Assembly (NCBI GenBank): GCA_964647865.1
Contig: CAZYJK010000002.1
Coordinates: forward strand, 1-39,267
Origin: an uncultured Veillonellaceae bacterium
GTDB lineage: Bacteria > Bacillota > Negativicutes > UBA1444
DNA length: 39,267 bases
Reading direction: 5' to 3'
Shown here piece by piece: positions 36,820 to 39,267 of the stretch; the first letter of the stretch is position 1; each line of letters begins with the position of its first letter. Below the pieces are notes generated by a model that was not told where the DNA came from, did no database searches, and was given only the letters and a program-made list of their open reading frames with translations. Both the position numbers and the translations under genes were made by a program.

Positions 36820-37953
36820 ATGACGAATGATAAGATCAAGCTGCCGACGGTGACCCCCGGCAATGCCCAACACGTGGGCGCTCGCAGCGAACAACAGGAT
36901 GCATTTGGCTTTTCGGCGTTTGATGATGCGGAATTTGTTGAACATGCCGGTGTTTTGGCGATTGTTGCCGATGGAATGGGCGGAATGGCAATGGGACGGG
37001 AAGCTAGCGCTATCGCCGTTCGGACTTTTCTTACCTCCTATGCCGCCAAAGAAAAGCAAGAAAAAATCGCCGCCGTCATGGTGCGCGGGCTGCATGCAGC
37101 CAACCGGGCGGTCAACCGTAAAGCGGCGGAAGCCGGGGTGGAAGGCGAAGCAGGCACCACATTGGTCGCGGTGGTCATCCACGAGGGAATGCTCTACCGC
37201 ATAGCCGCCGGAGATAGCCGTATCTATTTATTCCGAGAGAGTGTATTACGACAGTTGACCACGGACTTCAATTATGGACGGGTGCTTGACCGCATGGCAG
37301 AGGATGGAGAAATGAGCCGCAGTGAAGCTGCCGCGCACCCTTCCCGCGCCGCGTTGACCAGTTATCTTGGCAAGGCCGAGGTCGATGAGTACGATTCGCC
37401 GACAGATGCGCCGCTTGCCTTGCAGCCGGGCGATAAAATCTTGTTAGCGAGTGACGGGTTGTTTGGCTTCCTCGATGAAATGGAAATTGCAAGGCTGATG
37501 ACTCAAACTCCGCAACATGCGGCTGAAAATTTAATTGAAGCAACGCTTAAACAGCAACATCCCTATCAGGACAATGTCACCGTTGCCATTTTGGGCTATG
37601 AGTTGCCGCCCCCGCCGCCATTGGCAGAAACGCAGCTGCGCAAGGCAGAACCGGACAAAACGGTGGCGGAGAAACCGCGCCAGAAAAAAAAGCCTGCCGG
37701 AACGGTGCTGAAAATCGGTGTGCTGCTTTTGGTACTGGCGGTGGCGGCTTTTTGGGGCGGACGTTACTATTTTGAAAACAGCATGCGGGAACCGACGTCG
37801 GAAAATCTGACCGACAAGGCGGAACCAAAGCCAATTGAAAAATCTTTGGAGAAACCTTTGAATAAGTCATCGGAGAAGCCGCCAGAGAAGTCTGCGGAGA
37901 ATCCGGCGGAGAAAAAGGACGCACAGGGTGCAAATAAACCTAAGTCTCAATAG
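36820..37953 (+). CDS. PP2C-family Ser/Thr phosphatase with C-terminal TM anchor and extracytoplasmic E/K/P/S repeat tail
   Basis: 377 aa. RSEQQDAFG, IVADGMGGM, ASDGLF, YQDNVTVAI. RQKKKPAGT then TM VLKIGVLLLVLAVAAFWGG. Tail is EKSL EKPL NKSS EKPP EKSA ENPA EKKD. Start lies 4 nt after the preceding stop. Confidence 0.9.
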   Translation: MTNDKIKLPTVTPGNAQHVGARSEQQDAFGFSAFDDAEFVEHAGVLAIVADGMGGMAMGREASAIAVRTFLTSYAAKEKQEKIAAVMVRGLHAANRAVNRKAAEAGVEGEAGTTLVAVVIHEGMLYRIAAGDSRIYLFRESVLRQLTTDFNYGRVLDRMAEDGEMSRSEAAAHPSRAALTSYLGKAEVDEYDSPTDAPLALQPGDKILLASDGLFGFLDEMEIARLMTQTPQHAAENLIEATLKQQHPYQDNVTVAILGYELPPPPPLAETQLRKAEPDKTVAEKPRQKKKPAGTVLKIGVLLLVLAVAAFWGGRYYFENSMREPTSENLTDKAEPKPIEKSLEKPLNKSSEKPPEKSAENPAEKKDAQGANKPKSQ

Positions 37954-38024
37954 CTGGGCACCAAGGAATAGACTGTTGACACCCGGAATTACCGGAGATG
38001 CTTACATGAAAGGGGAATAATACC

Positions 38025-38690
38025 ATGGCGCTGATTCGTTGCCAACAAGGCCATTTCTATGACCCGTCCCGACATAATGTCTGTCCTTACTGCGGCAGCA
38101 TGCCTGCCGGAGGTCCCGGTGCAACGGAGGCGCAACCGCCGATGGCTCCGCCGCCAATGGTTGGCGGGCCTGCACCGGTTGGTGCAACCAGGCCGCTACG
38201 CGATAATCCTCCTCCGGTCGTAGGGCCGACCGTGCCTTTGCGCCCAGCCAGTCCGCCGCCGGTTGGCGCAAAAAAAGGACCGGAAGAAGGCAGAACGGTG
38301 GCCGTGGATATGAAGAAAGTCGGCCTTGACCCTGTTGTTGGCTGGCTGATTTGTGTCAAAGGTCCATCGAGGGGCCGTGATTATCGAATCCGTAGCGGAC
38401 GCAACGGGATCGGGCGGTCCGAAGCGATGGACGTGCAGATTGCCGGTGATGATACCGTTTCACGCGAAAATCATGCGTTTGTCGTTTATGAACCGCGCAA
38501 ACGCACATTCAGCATCCGGCCCGGCGATGGGCGCGGCTTGGTTTATCTCAATGGCGATGAAGTGATCCAGGCCTCGGATATCAAATCATACGACATTATT
38601 GAACTGGGTGAGACCCAATTGATGTTTGTCGCTTTGTGCGGCGATAAATTCAACTGGGATCAAGGCAAGGAAGAAGCAGGCGATAAGTAG
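38025..38690 (+). CDS. Zinc-ribbon + Pro-rich linker + FHA-domain protein (cytoplasmic adaptor)
   Basis: 221 aa. N-terminal CQQGH-x9-CPYCG. Linker with repeated PPPV(V)G-x-T-x-PLR. FHA GIGRSEAMDVQI...VSRENHAFVV...VYLNGDEV. Confidence 0.88.
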   Translation: MALIRCQQGHFYDPSRHNVCPYCGSMPAGGPGATEAQPPMAPPPMVGGPAPVGATRPLRDNPPPVVGPTVPLRPASPPPVGAKKGPEEGRTVAVDMKKVGLDPVVGWLICVKGPSRGRDYRIRSGRNGIGRSEAMDVQIAGDDTVSRENHAFVVYEPRKRTFSIRPGDGRGLVYLNGDEVIQASDIKSYDIIELGETQLMFVALCGDKFNWDQGKEEAGDK

Positions 38691-38722
38691 GCTTTGGCCG
38701 GTTAACCGCAGAGGGAGTGTAG

Positions 38723-39267
38723 ATGATGAACGCATGGGAGACCTTATGTCCGGGTTGTTTCGCCGAAAAAGGACCGGTTGCGGTCTGTCCCTATTGCGGC
38801 TACGATGAGTCTGAACGCCGGACGCCTCTGCTATTGCCGCATCGAACTGTTCTAAACGGCCAGTTCATTGTGGGAAAAGTGCTGGGTAAGCCTGGTGGCT
38901 TCGGCATTACTTATCTGGGCTGGGACATCAATCTGGCAACGCCGGTGGCAGTCAAGGAATACTTGCCGCGCGACTACGCCGGACGCGACTCCGATCATGC
39001 TTCTGTCATGGCGCATTCGCGGGAAGATGCCAGTCTGTTTCGCTTCGGGTTGGAGCAGTTTTTGCAGGAGGCCCGGACATTAGCCCGCTTTGACCATCCC
39101 AACGTGGTGCGTACCCGCAGCTTTTTTGAACAGAATGGAACAGCCTATCTGGTGATGGATTACCTGCAGGGCGTTAATTTGTCCGAATATCTGACGTCCA
39201 AGGGCGGTCGCCTGAACGAACAACAAGCCGGCGAGATCATGTTGCCCATACTGGACGGATTGCAGGA
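38723..39267 (+). CDS. Ser/Thr protein kinase with N-terminal zinc ribbon (5' partial, runs off the window)
   Basis: Not in the ORF track because the frame stays open to the window end. Hand translation from ATG 38723, 5 nt after GAGGGAG: MMNAWETLCPGCFAEKGPVAVCPYCG...GKVLGKPGGFGITYLG (Gly loop)...PVAVKEY (catalytic Lys)...FLQEARTLARFDHPNVV...AYLVMDYL. Confidence 0.9.
   Translation, partial: MMNAWETLCPGCFAEKGPVAVCPYCGYDESERRTPLLLPHRTVLNGQFIVGKVLGKPGGFGITYLGWDINLATPVAVKEYLPRDYAGRDSDHASVMAHSREDASLFRFGLEQFLQEARTLARFDHPNVVRTRSFFEQNGTAYLVMDYLQGVNLSEYLTSKGGRLNEQQAGEIMLPILDGLQ

Noticed and set aside
37976-38004. TTGACA at 37976-37981 as the -35 box of an internal promoter for the Zn-ribbon-FHA gene.
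   Set aside because: No acceptable -10 hexamer lies 16-19 nt downstream; the best candidate is TGCTTA. I cannot support a promoter call.
33097-39267. Interpreting the FHA/PP2C/kinase cluster as the threonine-phosphorylation module of a type VI secretion system, or as the actinobacterial FhaA/FhaB-PstP-PknB cell-wall cluster.
   Set aside because: The visible sequence has no T6SS structural genes (Hcp, VgrG, TssB/C, ClpV-like) and no rodA or pbpA. The FHA proteins here are fused to outward-facing vWA and protease domains, which neither known system has. Sequence beyond the window could still change this.

Overview
This 39.3-kb window is gene-dense chromosomal DNA. I saw no rRNA, tRNA, CRISPR array, transposase or integrase. 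A T-box leader, strong AGGAGG-type Shine-Dalgarno (SD) sites and L-x-G-C lipoboxes on every solute-binding protein (SBP) suggest a Firmicutes-type genome, with mid-50s % GC by eye. (1) 1-5.7 kb holds two GNAT acetyltransferases, two M20D amidohydrolases, an unknown 211-aa protein, and a secreted three-repeat protein cut off from its signal peptide by one in-frame TGA. (2) 5.7-24.3 kb holds three paralogous Fbp/Afu-type ABC importers with four lipoprotein SBPs. They are interleaved with a secreted alkaline phosphatase, deoC, an EamA exporter, phoU, an MgtC-family gene and a NagD-like HAD phosphatase. These sit in two divergent transcription units with back-to-back promoters near 17.9-18.0 kb. 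(3) 24.4-32.9 kb on the minus strand holds a promoter and a Leu (CUC) T-box leader, then leuA-leuC-leuD-leuB, an isocitrate-lyase/PEP-mutase (ICL/PEPM)-superfamily enzyme and a TRAP transporter (dctPQM), ending at a bidirectional terminator. (4) From 33.1 kb to the window end is the most unusual part, a co-directional phospho-threonine signalling cluster. It encodes a secreted vWA domain and a secreted trypsin-like protease, each tethered by one TM helix to a cytoplasmic FHA domain. It also encodes two PP2C phosphatases (one membrane-anchored), a zinc-ribbon/FHA adaptor and a zinc-ribbon Ser/Thr kinase that runs off the window. No T6SS, cell-wall or other known partner genes are visible, so I treat it as the best candidate for an uncharacterised system. 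All calls rest on motif recognition and hand translation; no database search was possible.
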